From the NCBI GenBank assembly GCA_050261115.1, contig JBLNCY010000009.1, positions 1 to 30,708 of the forward strand: a DNA stretch of 30,708 bases. Reading direction: 5' to 3'. Below the pieces are notes generated by a model. The model was not told where the DNA came from. It worked only from the letters and a program-made list of their open reading frames with translations, and searched no databases. The stretch comes from Methanocella sp. (GTDB lineage: Archaea > Thermoproteota > Bathyarchaeia > Bathyarchaeales > Bathycorpusculaceae). Below, in pieces: positions 18,868 to 27,131 of this stretch. Within the stretch, counting starts at the first letter, position 1. Each line of letters begins with the position of its first letter. A program made the translations under genes and the position numbers.

Positions 18868-21600
18868 CTATAGGGTGGATGCTTCTTCTGTGGTGATTGC
18901 TGGTTGGCTGTCTTTTACTTTATCGTCGCGGAAGTGCATGATGAATTTAGTTACCTCTATGGATATCAGCACTATTGCCGAGAGGCCAACTATGAGTAAG
19001 ACCTCTTCGAGGCCAATGGGTGCAAGGCTGAAGCTTTCGCGTAGGAAGGGTACGTTGACGATCAATGCGATTAGCCCGATTTCCCATAGGATGGTGCCGA
19101 TCAGCAGCTTGTGTGGTCGAGCCTTGATTATGGGGTACTTTAGTGAGCGGCAACATATTGCCAGCACTAATTCGAAGAAGACCAGCACTAGGAAGAGTCG
19201 TGTTTGTGCGACTTCCACACCCAGCGGCAGAGCACTTAGGAATACCCAGAGCAGCAGTGGTACCTCGATGAGTATCGCGCGTATGAGGAAGACTCTGACA
19301 TCTTTGGTAAATATAGATTCTTTGGGGTTTCTAGGTGGCCGCTTCATGACATCGGGTTCAGGTGGGCTCATACCCAATGCGATGGCAGGTAAGCCGTCTG
19401 TGGCTAGGTTAACGTAGAGAATGTGGATAGGCAGCAAAGGTAAGGGGAAACCCGCCAGCACCGCGAAGGAAAGTATCACGATTTCAACCAGGTTGGCTTG
19501 TATCAGGTAGGTGAGATATTTCTTGATGTTGTCGTAGGTCCATCGGCCCATTTCGACAGCGTTAACTATTGTTGCAAAGTTGTCGTCTGCAAGCACTAGA
19601 TCGGCTGATTCCTTGGTTACTTCGGTGCCTGTTATGCCCATGGCCACGCCGATGTCAGCTTTTTTGAGTGCAGGCGCATCGTTTACGCCGTCGCCAGTCA
19701 TGGCTACGACTTCACCGTTTTTCTTCCAAGCTTCAACGATTTTGAGTTTATGGAGGGGTGAGACACGGGCGTATACGGATACCTTGCGCACTGTGTCTTT
19801 TAGTTGTTCGTCTGAGAGTTGTTCGAGGTCTTCGCCTGTTAGGATTTCGTCGCCTTTTTGGTATATGCCTAGTTCTTTTGCTACGGCTAGTGCTGTTAAT
19901 TTGTGGTCGCCTGTGATCATGACTGGTTTGATTTTGATTTGTCGGCATAGTTTGACGGCCTGCATGGCTTCTTTTCGGGGTGGGTCCATCATGCCGATTA
20001 ATCCGAGGAAGACTAGGTCGCTTTCTGCGGTTTCTTCTTTGCAGTTGGTTAAGTCGCCTGTTATTTCTTTGTATGCTATGCCGAGCACACGTAGGCCGTC
20101 GCTTGCCATTTCTTCGTTCATGCTAAGGACGGCTTTGAGTTTGTCTTCGGTTAATTCTACTGTTGTGTTGTTTTCGCAGATTTTGGTGCAGTACTTGATC
20201 ATGAAGTCTGGGGCGCCTTTCATGATTACGAAGTTCTTTCCGTCGGCTTCCTGCATTGTGCTGTGGATGGTGGTCATGCGTTTGCGGTCTGATGAGAAGG
20301 GGAACTCGTTTATTCGGGGGTAAGCGGTAGTTAGCTGCTCTCTGTTGATGCCTGCTTTTAGGGCGGCTACGACTAGGGCGCCTTCTGTGGGGTCGCCATG
20401 CACTACCCATTTGTCGCCCTCTTGGACAATGTCTGAGTCGTTGCATAGTACGGCGCTTTTCATAAGCAATTGGAAGCATTCTGTTTGGGTGACGTCGCTG
20501 TTTTTGCCTTCGAATTTGCCCTGCGGCGAGTAACCTACGCCGCTTACCTCAACAACGCGGCCTGAGGTGTAGACTTTGCGGACGGTCATTTCGCCTTTTG
20601 TTAGGGTGCCGGTTTTGTCTGTGCAGATGACTGTTGTGGAACCTAGGGTTTCGACGGCAGGCATTTTTCTGACAAGCGCGTTGCGTTTTGCCATCTTGTA
20701 CATTCCGATGGCTAAGCTGCCGGTTACGATTGCGGGCAGCGCTTCTGGGACGGCTGCAACTGCCAGGGCGATGCCGAATAGGAACATCTCCAAGATGTCT
20801 AGTCCGCGGGCTACGCCTAGGAGTATGACGGTTATGCTGATGGCTAATGCGGCTAGTCCAAGCCATTTGCCTATTTCTTTGGTTCGTTTTTCTAGCGGGG
20901 TCTCTTTTTTCTCGACTGAGCTGACTTGTTTGGCGATTTGGCCGAACTCTGTGTTCATTCCTGTTTTGACAACTAGGGCTTTGGATTTTCCGCAGGTTAC
21001 GGCTGTTCCTGAGAAAACCATGTCTTTCTTGTCTAAAATTGCGGAGTCTTTGGAGACTTTTTCGATGAATTTTTCTACGGGTACGGATTCGCCGGTCAGG
21101 GGTGCTTCGTTAACGTGTAGGTTGTGTGACTCGATGATGCGGGCGTCTGCTGCTACGCGGTCGCCTTCTTTGAGGACCAAGATGTCGCCGGGTACGATGT
21201 CTTTGGTTGCCACTTGTACCTCTTTGCCGTCGCGCAGCACGGTGGCGGTGGGTACAAGCATCCGGGTTAGGGCTTCAAGCGCTTTTTCTGCGCGGAACTC
21301 CTGGACAAAGCCCAGCGCTGCGGAGAGTACGACGATGATTAGGATGATGCTGGCGTCGAACTGGTGTCCTGTGGCAAAAGAGATCAACGCGGCAGCAATG
21401 AGAATAATGATCAGCACGTTTTTGAATTGACCAAGGAAAATCTTTAGGGGCGAAGCCTTCTTGCCAGCCTCAAGCTGGTTAGGGCCATACTGCGAAAGAC
21501 GTTTGGATGCCTCGGGTGAGCTTAATCCGGATTTGTTGCTGTTGAGTTTTTCTAGCGCCTCTTCGGCGTCTATGGCGTGCCAAGATACCTCGGTGACCAT
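18868..21600 (-). CDS. cation-translocating P-type ATPase (type II, Ca2+-ATPase-like)
   Basis: TGES, AVPEALP, DKTGT, KGAP, MITGD, GDGVNDAPALK and NLATDGLPA motifs. Confidence 0.96.
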   Translation of the reverse strand: MVTEVSWHAIDAEEALEKLNSNKSGLSSPEASKRLSQYGPNQLEAGKKASPLKIFLGQFKNVLIIILIAAALISFATGHQFDASIILIIVVLSAALGFVQEFRAEKALEALTRMLVPTATVLRDGKEVQVATKDIVPGDILVLKEGDRVAADARIIESHNLHVNEAPLTGESVPVEKFIEKVSKDSAILDKKDMVFSGTAVTCGKSKALVVKTGMNTEFGQIAKQVSSVEKKETPLEKRTKEIGKWLGLAALAISITVILLGVARGLDILEMFLFGIALAVAAVPEALPAIVTGSLAIGMYKMAKRNALVRKMPAVETLGSTTVICTDKTGTLTKGEMTVRKVYTSGRVVEVSGVGYSPQGKFEGKNSDVTQTECFQLLMKSAVLCNDSDIVQEGDKWVVHGDPTEGALVVAALKAGINREQLTTAYPRINEFPFSSDRKRMTTIHSTMQEADGKNFVIMKGAPDFMIKYCTKICENNTTVELTEDKLKAVLSMNEEMASDGLRVLGIAYKEITGDLTNCKEETAESDLVFLGLIGMMDPPRKEAMQAVKLCRQIKIKPVMITGDHKLTALAVAKELGIYQKGDEILTGEDLEQLSDEQLKDTVRKVSVYARVSPLHKLKIVEAWKKNGEVVAMTGDGVNDAPALKKADIGVAMGITGTEVTKESADLVLADDNFATIVNAVEMGRWTYDNIKKYLTYLIQANLVEIVILSFAVLAGFPLPLLPIHILYVNLATDGLPAIALGMSPPEPDVMKRPPRNPKESIFTKDVRVFLIRAILIEVPLLLWVFLSALPLGVEVAQTRLFLVLVFFELVLAICCRSLKYPIIKARPHKLLIGTILWEIGLIALIVNVPFLRESFSLAPIGLEEVLLIVGLSAIVLISIEVTKFIMHFRDDKVKDSQPAITTEEASTL

Positions 21601-21742
21601 GTATTATATCCCAGTCTAAGAACAAGCGCTTTCATAAATAAACCATTTGATAAAAAGCCAGATTTATGCACCTAAAAATCGAATGCAATGCGCTCAGAAT
21701 AAGACGTTCGATATAAAAAAGTGGGGGAGTATCACCCAGCGG

Positions 21743-21987
21743 TTAGCTGCTTTTTTGCATCTTAATCACAAATAAAACAGCAAAGGCGCCCCTAGAAACG
21801 CAATAACCGCAATCATTGGTAAGATATTGCCATCGATAACACTTAAATCGAAGTAACACTTTTAATTATAAACGTGCTATCGCAAGTGCAGTCCACACAT
21901 GCCCCGAGGCAGCGCAGTGTCAAGCAAGCCTTTCGGTTGGCTGTAAACAATCGATACCGATGAGGCGATTAAGAGAACCCCCAGCAT
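21743..21987 (-). pseudogene. remnant of a secreted or membrane-anchored protein gene
   Basis: GAGGTGA (22000-21994) then ATG 21987 gives a 36-aa ORF with a signal-peptide-like start (MLGVLLIASSVSIVYSQ). Downstream broken frames give a TM-plus-tail segment (ILPMIAVIAFLG / AFAVLFVIKMQKSS*). Confidence 0.4.
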
Positions 21988-22209
21988 TTTTAATCACCTC
22001 TTAATCGGGCTTCACTTGGCCACACTTAAACTACCGAAAAACAAGACATAGAAGCGCATTATTCTCTATCGGAGACCAAACTTACAATCGCCGCTTTATA
22101 CAAGAGAAAGGTAACCAGCTAAGGGTAACAGGCGTTTACTGATTTGCTCCATATACAAGGGAGGGGGTGGGTGCTCAGAGCAAAGGTAGGTTTAACACAA
22201 TTTTTAACG

Positions 22210-22279
22210 TTTACTGGTTGGGGACGCTTAATATGTATCGGTGGATGAAGTCAGCCGTCCCAGCCTTAGGGCAAAGTAA
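22210..22279 (+). repeat. degenerate att-like copy C of the sRNA-derived site
   Basis: CGGTGGATGAAGTCAGCCGTCCCAGCC resembles the core of copies A and B. The 26 bp at 22254-22279 are identical to 23336-23361. An inverted arm GGTTGGGGACG is retained. Confidence 0.85.
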
Positions 22280-22319
22280 CTTTATTGGGACTAAATTACT
22301 GAAATAATACTATGCTCTT

Positions 22320-23126
22320 CTAGTTATAAGTCTTTAGACAATTCCGCTTCTTTATCATAACGAAGATAGTCAAAGGAATAACCACTAACAAAGACAATAT
22401 CCAGAAGAAAGAGAACTCTGGAACAGAAGGAGACGGAGCTGATGTATCGGTTGGTGTAATTGTAATGTTTTTATCAATTGTTACTATCTGCGTATCGCTC
22501 CAATCAGTGTATTCGCCTTCAAAATAGTATTTTATTAACTCTCCGCCCATAAACACAACGCCCAAGTCATATTTGTTATCATGTCCTATCAGCGCTTGTA
22601 CTTGGACATCTAATTGACCCCCTTCAGGAATGTTTGATGTTCGCCAATTCGGCAAGGTGAAAATTGAATATTCTGAATGCGATGCATCAAGATATTGACT
22701 TCCGCGAGCGCCAGTTTGAAAGGGGTCTACTGGATGAGATGCAGAACCATAATCAGTAGGCACAACGGGGTAGTATATCCACTTGGTTTCATTTTCATAG
22801 TGACCTTTGAATCTTAGATTATAATACAGGCTTGTATGGTTGCCACTTGAATCAATGGTAGAGGTAAACGCTTGGTTCCTGATTTTTACCTCAATAGAGA
22901 AATTATCAAAGTGACCACCCTGCGAGGTAATTATCGTCTCTCCTGTGTAGGGGTCAACAGTAGATTTTGGGGGTAAATCATAAGCATGGTTGACATATTG
23001 CACAACAAATTCTGGCACTGATGGTTTAGATATTGATTGACCAGTAGTAGGTGCAGCTATTAGTAGAAAAGATGCTGCTAAGATTGCACTCAAGAGTATG
23101 GAGAGATACTTACTCATCTTAGTCAT
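22320..23126 (-). CDS. secreted cell-surface protein with a PEF-CTERM-like anchor
   Basis: Signal peptide, KPSVPEF...DPYTG N-domain, Thr/Pro/Ser linker, then VPEF, TM helix and basic tail. Confidence 0.8.
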   Translation of the reverse strand: MTKMSKYLSILLSAILAASFLLIAAPTTGQSISKPSVPEFVVQYVNHAYDLPPKSTVDPYTGETIITSQGGHFDNFSIEVKIRNQAFTSTIDSSGNHTSLYYNLRFKGHYENETKWIYYPVVPTDYGSASHPVDPFQTGARGSQYLDASHSEYSIFTLPNWRTSNIPEGGQLDVQVQALIGHDNKYDLGVVFMGGELIKYYFEGEYTDWSDTQIVTIDKNITITPTDTSAPSPSVPEFSFFWILSLLVVIPLTIFVMIKKRNCLKTYN

Positions 23127-23222
23127 AATTGAACTAATCTGTTTGTTTGGTTATATAATTTACTTATTAGAACTAAATCTTCGATTTCTTTCAAAATAGG
23201 GAACTTACTTTAATGTTGAGTA

Positions 23223-23250
23223 GGCGGCAACCCTTGTGGTTGCTCGCTTC
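23223..23250. repeat. 28-bp hairpin repeat, copy 1 (GGCGGCAACCCTTGTGGTTGCTCGCTTC)
   Basis: Identical to 24855-24882. Contains the GCAACC/GGTTGC stem. Confidence 0.9.
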
Positions 23251-23289
23251 GAGCTGTTTGTGATCGATTTTTTTTCTTTCTCTTCCAAA

Positions 23290-23361
23290 GCCCTTAAGTG
23301 ACTGGGATGATGCACTATCTACGGGGGATGATGTCGCCGTCCCAGCCTTAGGGCAAAGTAA
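23290..23361 (+). repeat. att-like copy A (left end of the autonomous element)
   Basis: 23300-23345 matches 29149-29194 at 41/46 positions, including a 24-bp identical core (23322-23345 = 29171-29194). Extended imperfect palindrome GCCCTTAAG...CTTAGGGC. Confidence 0.9.
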
Positions 23362-23411
23362 TTTTTTTACACTAATTTCTCTATTTTAATCCTTAATACT
23401 CTAAGGAGTCG

Positions 23412-23565
23412 TCTAGTTATAAGTCTTACTAGTCAAATTATCGGCATTGTTTTAAAGCTTAACTACGGAATAGATTAGATTAAAACAACCGCTGTAAGCA
23501 CTATTAAATAAGTCGCTTTTAGTATCAAAATTAAATGAAAGAATCCGTTAACTCTGGATGTCACC
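23412..23565 (-). pseudogene. possible decayed 3' end of a paralog of the 22320-23126 surface-protein gene
   Basis: 16 bp TCTAGTTATAAGTCTT (KTYN* on the minus strand) shared with 22319-22334. Upstream are CCAGAG (PE) and a hydrophobic broken frame FHLILILKATYLIVLTAVVLI*. Confidence 0.4.
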
Positions 23566-23718
23566 GATTATCAAGTTTGCCTAGTGATTTTTCATTATTC
23601 TATCTTAATTAATTATCCCTTAGTAGCTTACTGTTGTGAGACTCAAGCTTTTTTAATAGGAGTATGCTTTTGAAACAGAGTGTAATTATTTTTAACGCGC
23701 GCTAAAATTTCAACCAGA

Positions 23719-24729
23719 TTGGTATTGATCATGAAACAAGCTTATTGTATGAATAAAGAGGAAAAGCTACGATTAGGTCTGAGAATATGTAGCGGTATCG
23801 TTTCAAACTTTGTGGGTGTAAAAACTCCTCTATTTTGTGGTCATAAATTAACATATAATTGTAACTTGAAATGTAAAATGTGTCCTTTTTGGAAGAGAAA
23901 TGCTCAGGATTTGAGCATAGAGAAAGAAAAAATCATTTTAAAGAGGATTTATGATGCAGGCGTTTGCGGAATCGCTTTTGAAGGTGGTGAGCCTCTTCTA
24001 AGAAAAGACTTGGCGGAAATTCTCCAATATGCTAGGTCTTTACCTATGCAAACAAGCCTTATCACCAATGGAACATTATTGGAATCCAGAATAGATGAAA
24101 TAGCTAGATATGTCAACGGGGGCATTTTTGTTTCAATTGATGGTATAGGAAAAACACATGATGAAATCAGGGGTGTTAGTGGTTGTTTTAAAAAAGCCAT
24201 AGAAGGAATTACTGCCGCTTCTCAAAGGATGTCTATTACGATCAATACAACGATAATGGCTGAAAACATCCATGAGATTGAAGATTTGGTAAAGTTGGCA
24301 AAGGAATTAGATGTAAAAATATCTGTTGCTGTAGCACATGATTATGGCAACGCTAAAGTGTTAGCGCTTTCAAGTCAAGAACTAAGTGATATCGCTGAAA
24401 AGCTTGTTTTATTGAAGAAAATGGGTTTTCCTCTCATAAATTCAATAGGTTACTTCCAAGTCATGGCTAAAAGGAAAAATTGGAGTTGTAAGCCTTGGTC
24501 AACGATTAACGTTAGTCCTGAAGGGTCTTTGGTTTTGCCTTGTTATGTGCGAAATAGATATGCAGCTTCTGTTTCTACTTTTGAAACCAGCATTAAAAAT
24601 GCGATTTCAGAGTTTGACTGGAAAACAATACAGAATTGCCAAATTTGTACGCTTCATTGCTATGTTGAGCCATCGCTGGCGCTTTCCTATGATTTGGGTG
24701 TTTTGAGGAATTGGGCTTTTCCTTCCTAA
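23719..24729 (+). CDS. radical SAM protein with a C-terminal SPASM/Twitch-like Cys cluster, resembling the archaeal PTO1314 family
   Basis: GHKLTYNCNLKCKMCPFW (CxxxCxxC), FEGGEPLLR, ITNGTLL, VSIDG, and C-terminal C..PC..CQICTLHC. The family assignment is from memory. Confidence 0.85.
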   Translation: MVLIMKQAYCMNKEEKLRLGLRICSGIVSNFVGVKTPLFCGHKLTYNCNLKCKMCPFWKRNAQDLSIEKEKIILKRIYDAGVCGIAFEGGEPLLRKDLAEILQYARSLPMQTSLITNGTLLESRIDEIARYVNGGIFVSIDGIGKTHDEIRGVSGCFKKAIEGITAASQRMSITINTTIMAENIHEIEDLVKLAKELDVKISVAVAHDYGNAKVLALSSQELSDIAEKLVLLKKMGFPLINSIGYFQVMAKRKNWSCKPWSTINVSPEGSLVLPCYVRNRYAASVSTFETSIKNAISEFDWKTIQNCQICTLHCYVEPSLALSYDLGVLRNWAFPS

Positions 24730-24854
24730 GGGGTGTCCCAGCTAGGAGGGGGTTGTCTTGATTAGTACTCTAGTTAATTTTAAATAATAGCGATAGTTGA
24801 AATTCTAAGGAAATTATTGTTAGTGTGCTTACTAAATTTTTGAAAAAAATTATC

Positions 24855-24882
24855 GGCGGCAACCCTTGTGGTTGCTCGCTTC
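24855..24882. repeat. 28-bp hairpin repeat, copy 2
   Basis: Identical to 23223-23250. Sits between the cargo and the core module. Confidence 0.9.
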
Positions 24883-24910
24883 CCACATATCTCTCTAAAC
24901 CGTGATAGTT

Positions 24911-25561
24911 CTAACTTTTCTCAAGGGCATCTTTAAGAAACAGTTCAGTTTTCTTCATTTTTTCCATAATCTCCACTATTTGTTCTTTAAACCCTGAGAA
25001 CTGCTCTGGATACTTCTTCATAAGAGCGATTACATCTAACACTTTTTCCAAGCTCAAATCCTTCATAAGTCCAGTACTGAGCATTAGAGAAACATCGCTA
25101 TCTTCCAATTTTCCTTTTTTGAGGATTGCTTGATAGCCTACCTGATATATGTCTGTCCCAAGGTATGTTGTAAGCTCAACAAAACATTGAAGCAGCTTAT
25201 TATCAGGATACACTTCGGCTGTTCGATTCAGAACAGTTTTTACGTTTGCACCATAAACGAGCGCAACAAATACTGCGCCAGACGTTAGCCAATAAACTGA
25301 GTGTTCTTGACTTCGGTATTCCTCTTTTTTGATTTCGACAAGTATCCTTTTCTCTATAAGGTCATCGATTGCGTCATACACTGATTTGTAGTATCCCTTA
25401 ATTCCTCTTTTCACGCCGTATTTAGATTTTGGAAGATTTTCTGCGAGGTATAGCAGAATCTGCTTCTGCAAAGGTGGCAAATATTGATTTTCTGTTACGC
25501 CTTTTAATGTATGTTCTCCCTCAGTCGGCTGGGACATAGTATGTACTCCGAATTCTGCCAA
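24911..25561 (-). CDS. winged-helix DNA-binding protein (element regulator)
   Basis: LPPLQKQILLYLAEN.PKSKYGV...YKSVYDAIDDLIEKRILV...YWLT fits a wHTH. Divergent from rep. The start may be ATG 25537. Confidence 0.7.
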   Translation of the reverse strand: MAEFGVHTMSQPTEGEHTLKGVTENQYLPPLQKQILLYLAENLPKSKYGVKRGIKGYYKSVYDAIDDLIEKRILVEIKKEEYRSQEHSVYWLTSGAVFVALVYGANVKTVLNRTAEVYPDNKLLQCFVELTTYLGTDIYQVGYQAILKKGKLEDSDVSLMLSTGLMKDLSLEKVLDVIALMKKYPEQFSGFKEQIVEIMEKMKKTELFLKDALEKS

Positions 25562-25612
25562 GTTATACGGTTTCTATATTAACGGTCGGCAGTTAATCTT
25601 TCGGTGTAATAC

Positions 25613-26659
25613 TTGGAAAACAATCAAGTAATAAATAATCAAAATAACTCGGTAGAAAATGATTGGCTTGAATATAATCAACAATTCGAGTCTAACAGCA
25701 ACGGTAAAATTAAGAACGATTTTTGGATTTATGGCGAGTATGAACTTGTCGGTCATGGCAAACAGACATCCCCTAAATGCGGATTATTCAACAAACATGT
25801 GGGATGCTTAGACTATAAGGCACACAATCAAGCTCGCTTCTTCACTGAAGGTTTACCTGAAAATGCTGTTTTCGTTAAACCAATCTATCATTCATGCGAT
25901 AAACCTACTTGTCCTGTATGCTTCAAGTATGGTTGGGCTGTTCGTGAAGCTTACCGCATGGAAGCACGCCTAAAAGAAGCTTCTAACCGTTTCGGGCTTC
26001 CAGTTGAACATATTGTCGCAAGCATCAGAAGCGAAGACTATGGGTTAAGCCTTGATGCGTTACGACAAAAAGCCATTAAACTCATGGCTAAACGTGGAAT
26101 AATCGGCGGTTCCATTATCTTTCATGGTTTCCGTTATGCTAACCGAAAAGAAGCTCGCATAAAAGGGGTTCCATTTGGCTGGCGGTGGAGTCCTCACTTT
26201 CATATTCTCGGTTTTGTTGGTGGTGAAGGTTACGGTTTATGCCGTAAGTGCAAAGGCGGTGACTGCTATTCCTGCAAAGGTTTCGAAGGTGTCACGCGGC
26301 GTGAGAACAAAAAGGACGGTTGGATTGTCAAAGTCCTTGAAAAAAGAAAAACCGTAGGCGGTACTTGCTGGTATCAACTTAACCACTGCTCAGTTCAAAG
26401 AGGCTCTAAAAAATCACATGCTACAACATGGTTCGGTGCTTGCTCCTATCGAAAATTAGAGATAATCAACGGCGAGAAAGACGTTGGAATACAACACAAA
26501 TGCCCAATCTGCAACTCCGAATTAGTCCACATCCGCTACTTAGGCAACGCTAAACTATTGCTTACTCGAAAAGGCGAAGTCCAAAGCATGTTTGCCGAGG
26601 ATGGCACACCACTTTGGGAAGTAGCGCATGAAGGTGAATGTCATGGGGAGTGCGGATAA
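25613..26659 (+). CDS. rep: HUH-superfamily rolling-circle replication initiator with Zn-binding motifs
   Basis: EHIVAS (motif I), WSPHFHILG (HUH), WYQLNH (catalytic Tyr), GGSIIFHGFR, TWFG. Cys clusters SCDKPTCPVC, CRKC...CYSC and CPIC. Confidence 0.85.
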   Translation: MENNQVINNQNNSVENDWLEYNQQFESNSNGKIKNDFWIYGEYELVGHGKQTSPKCGLFNKHVGCLDYKAHNQARFFTEGLPENAVFVKPIYHSCDKPTCPVCFKYGWAVREAYRMEARLKEASNRFGLPVEHIVASIRSEDYGLSLDALRQKAIKLMAKRGIIGGSIIFHGFRYANRKEARIKGVPFGWRWSPHFHILGFVGGEGYGLCRKCKGGDCYSCKGFEGVTRRENKKDGWIVKVLEKRKTVGGTCWYQLNHCSVQRGSKKSHATTWFGACSYRKLEIINGEKDVGIQHKCPICNSELVHIRYLGNAKLLLTRKGEVQSMFAEDGTPLWEVAHEGECHGECG

Positions 26660-26661
26660 AA

Positions 26662-26985
26662 ATGATTCGTCAACAAAGAAGGCGAAGGGAGCGCCAATGG
26701 GCTAAAATAAACGTGGGTGACGACTGCACAAAATTCATTGAGCGAGAAAATCTCTTTGCTATGCCTCAAGTCATAGAGTTCCAAGCGGTAAAAATCTCAA
26801 AGAAACGCCTGAAAGTTCGTAGTGTAGGCGTTTTTGAGAACCATCGATACGGTGGGCATATTGAGCTTGAAACAACCTGTGAATGGGTTGAGGGAGAATT
26901 CAAAATGCTATCCCACAAACAAGTCGGCGTCATTCCCGAAGGCGATTTATGGGAAGCTGAGGAAATCGATGACTCCAGCGCTTAA
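26662..26985 (+). CDS. hypothetical element protein
   Basis: ATG 26662 lies 2 nt after the rep stop (the ORF track starts it at 26638). Arg-rich N-terminus and acidic C-terminus. Confidence 0.6.
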   Translation: MIRQQRRRRERQWAKINVGDDCTKFIERENLFAMPQVIEFQAVKISKKRLKVRSVGVFENHRYGGHIELETTCEWVEGEFKMLSHKQVGVIPEGDLWEAEEIDDSSA

Positions 26986-26991
26986 CGTTTG

Positions 26992-27053
26992 GCTCTTGCG
27001 GAACATTCGGCAAGGGCGAGTGGAGCGACCCGCGAAGCGGGAGCGAAGCGAAC
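26992..27053. other. GC-rich hairpin cluster, candidate replication origin (dso or sso)
   Basis: GCTCTTGC..GCAAGGGC stem (26992-27017), CCCGC-GAA-GCGGG (27029-27041) and GAGCGA/GAAGCG iterations just after the rep operon. Confidence 0.5.
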
Positions 27054-27131
27054 AATCTAAAAGAACCTGAAATAATGGTCGCATACTAAAAGATTTGTCG
27101 CAACCTTCTAGCAAAGTAACGAACTAGACTA

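Noticed and set aside
18875-21430. Long antisense and alternate-frame ORFs over the ATPase, and likewise over pheS/pheT, cas genes and the ArsR operon
   Set aside because: Shadow ORFs caused by codon bias. They have no motifs and overlap well-supported genes.
25574-27070. ORFs 25574-25756, 26175-26357 and 26834-27070
   Set aside because: They overlap rep, its partner gene or the hairpin cluster and lack protein-like features.
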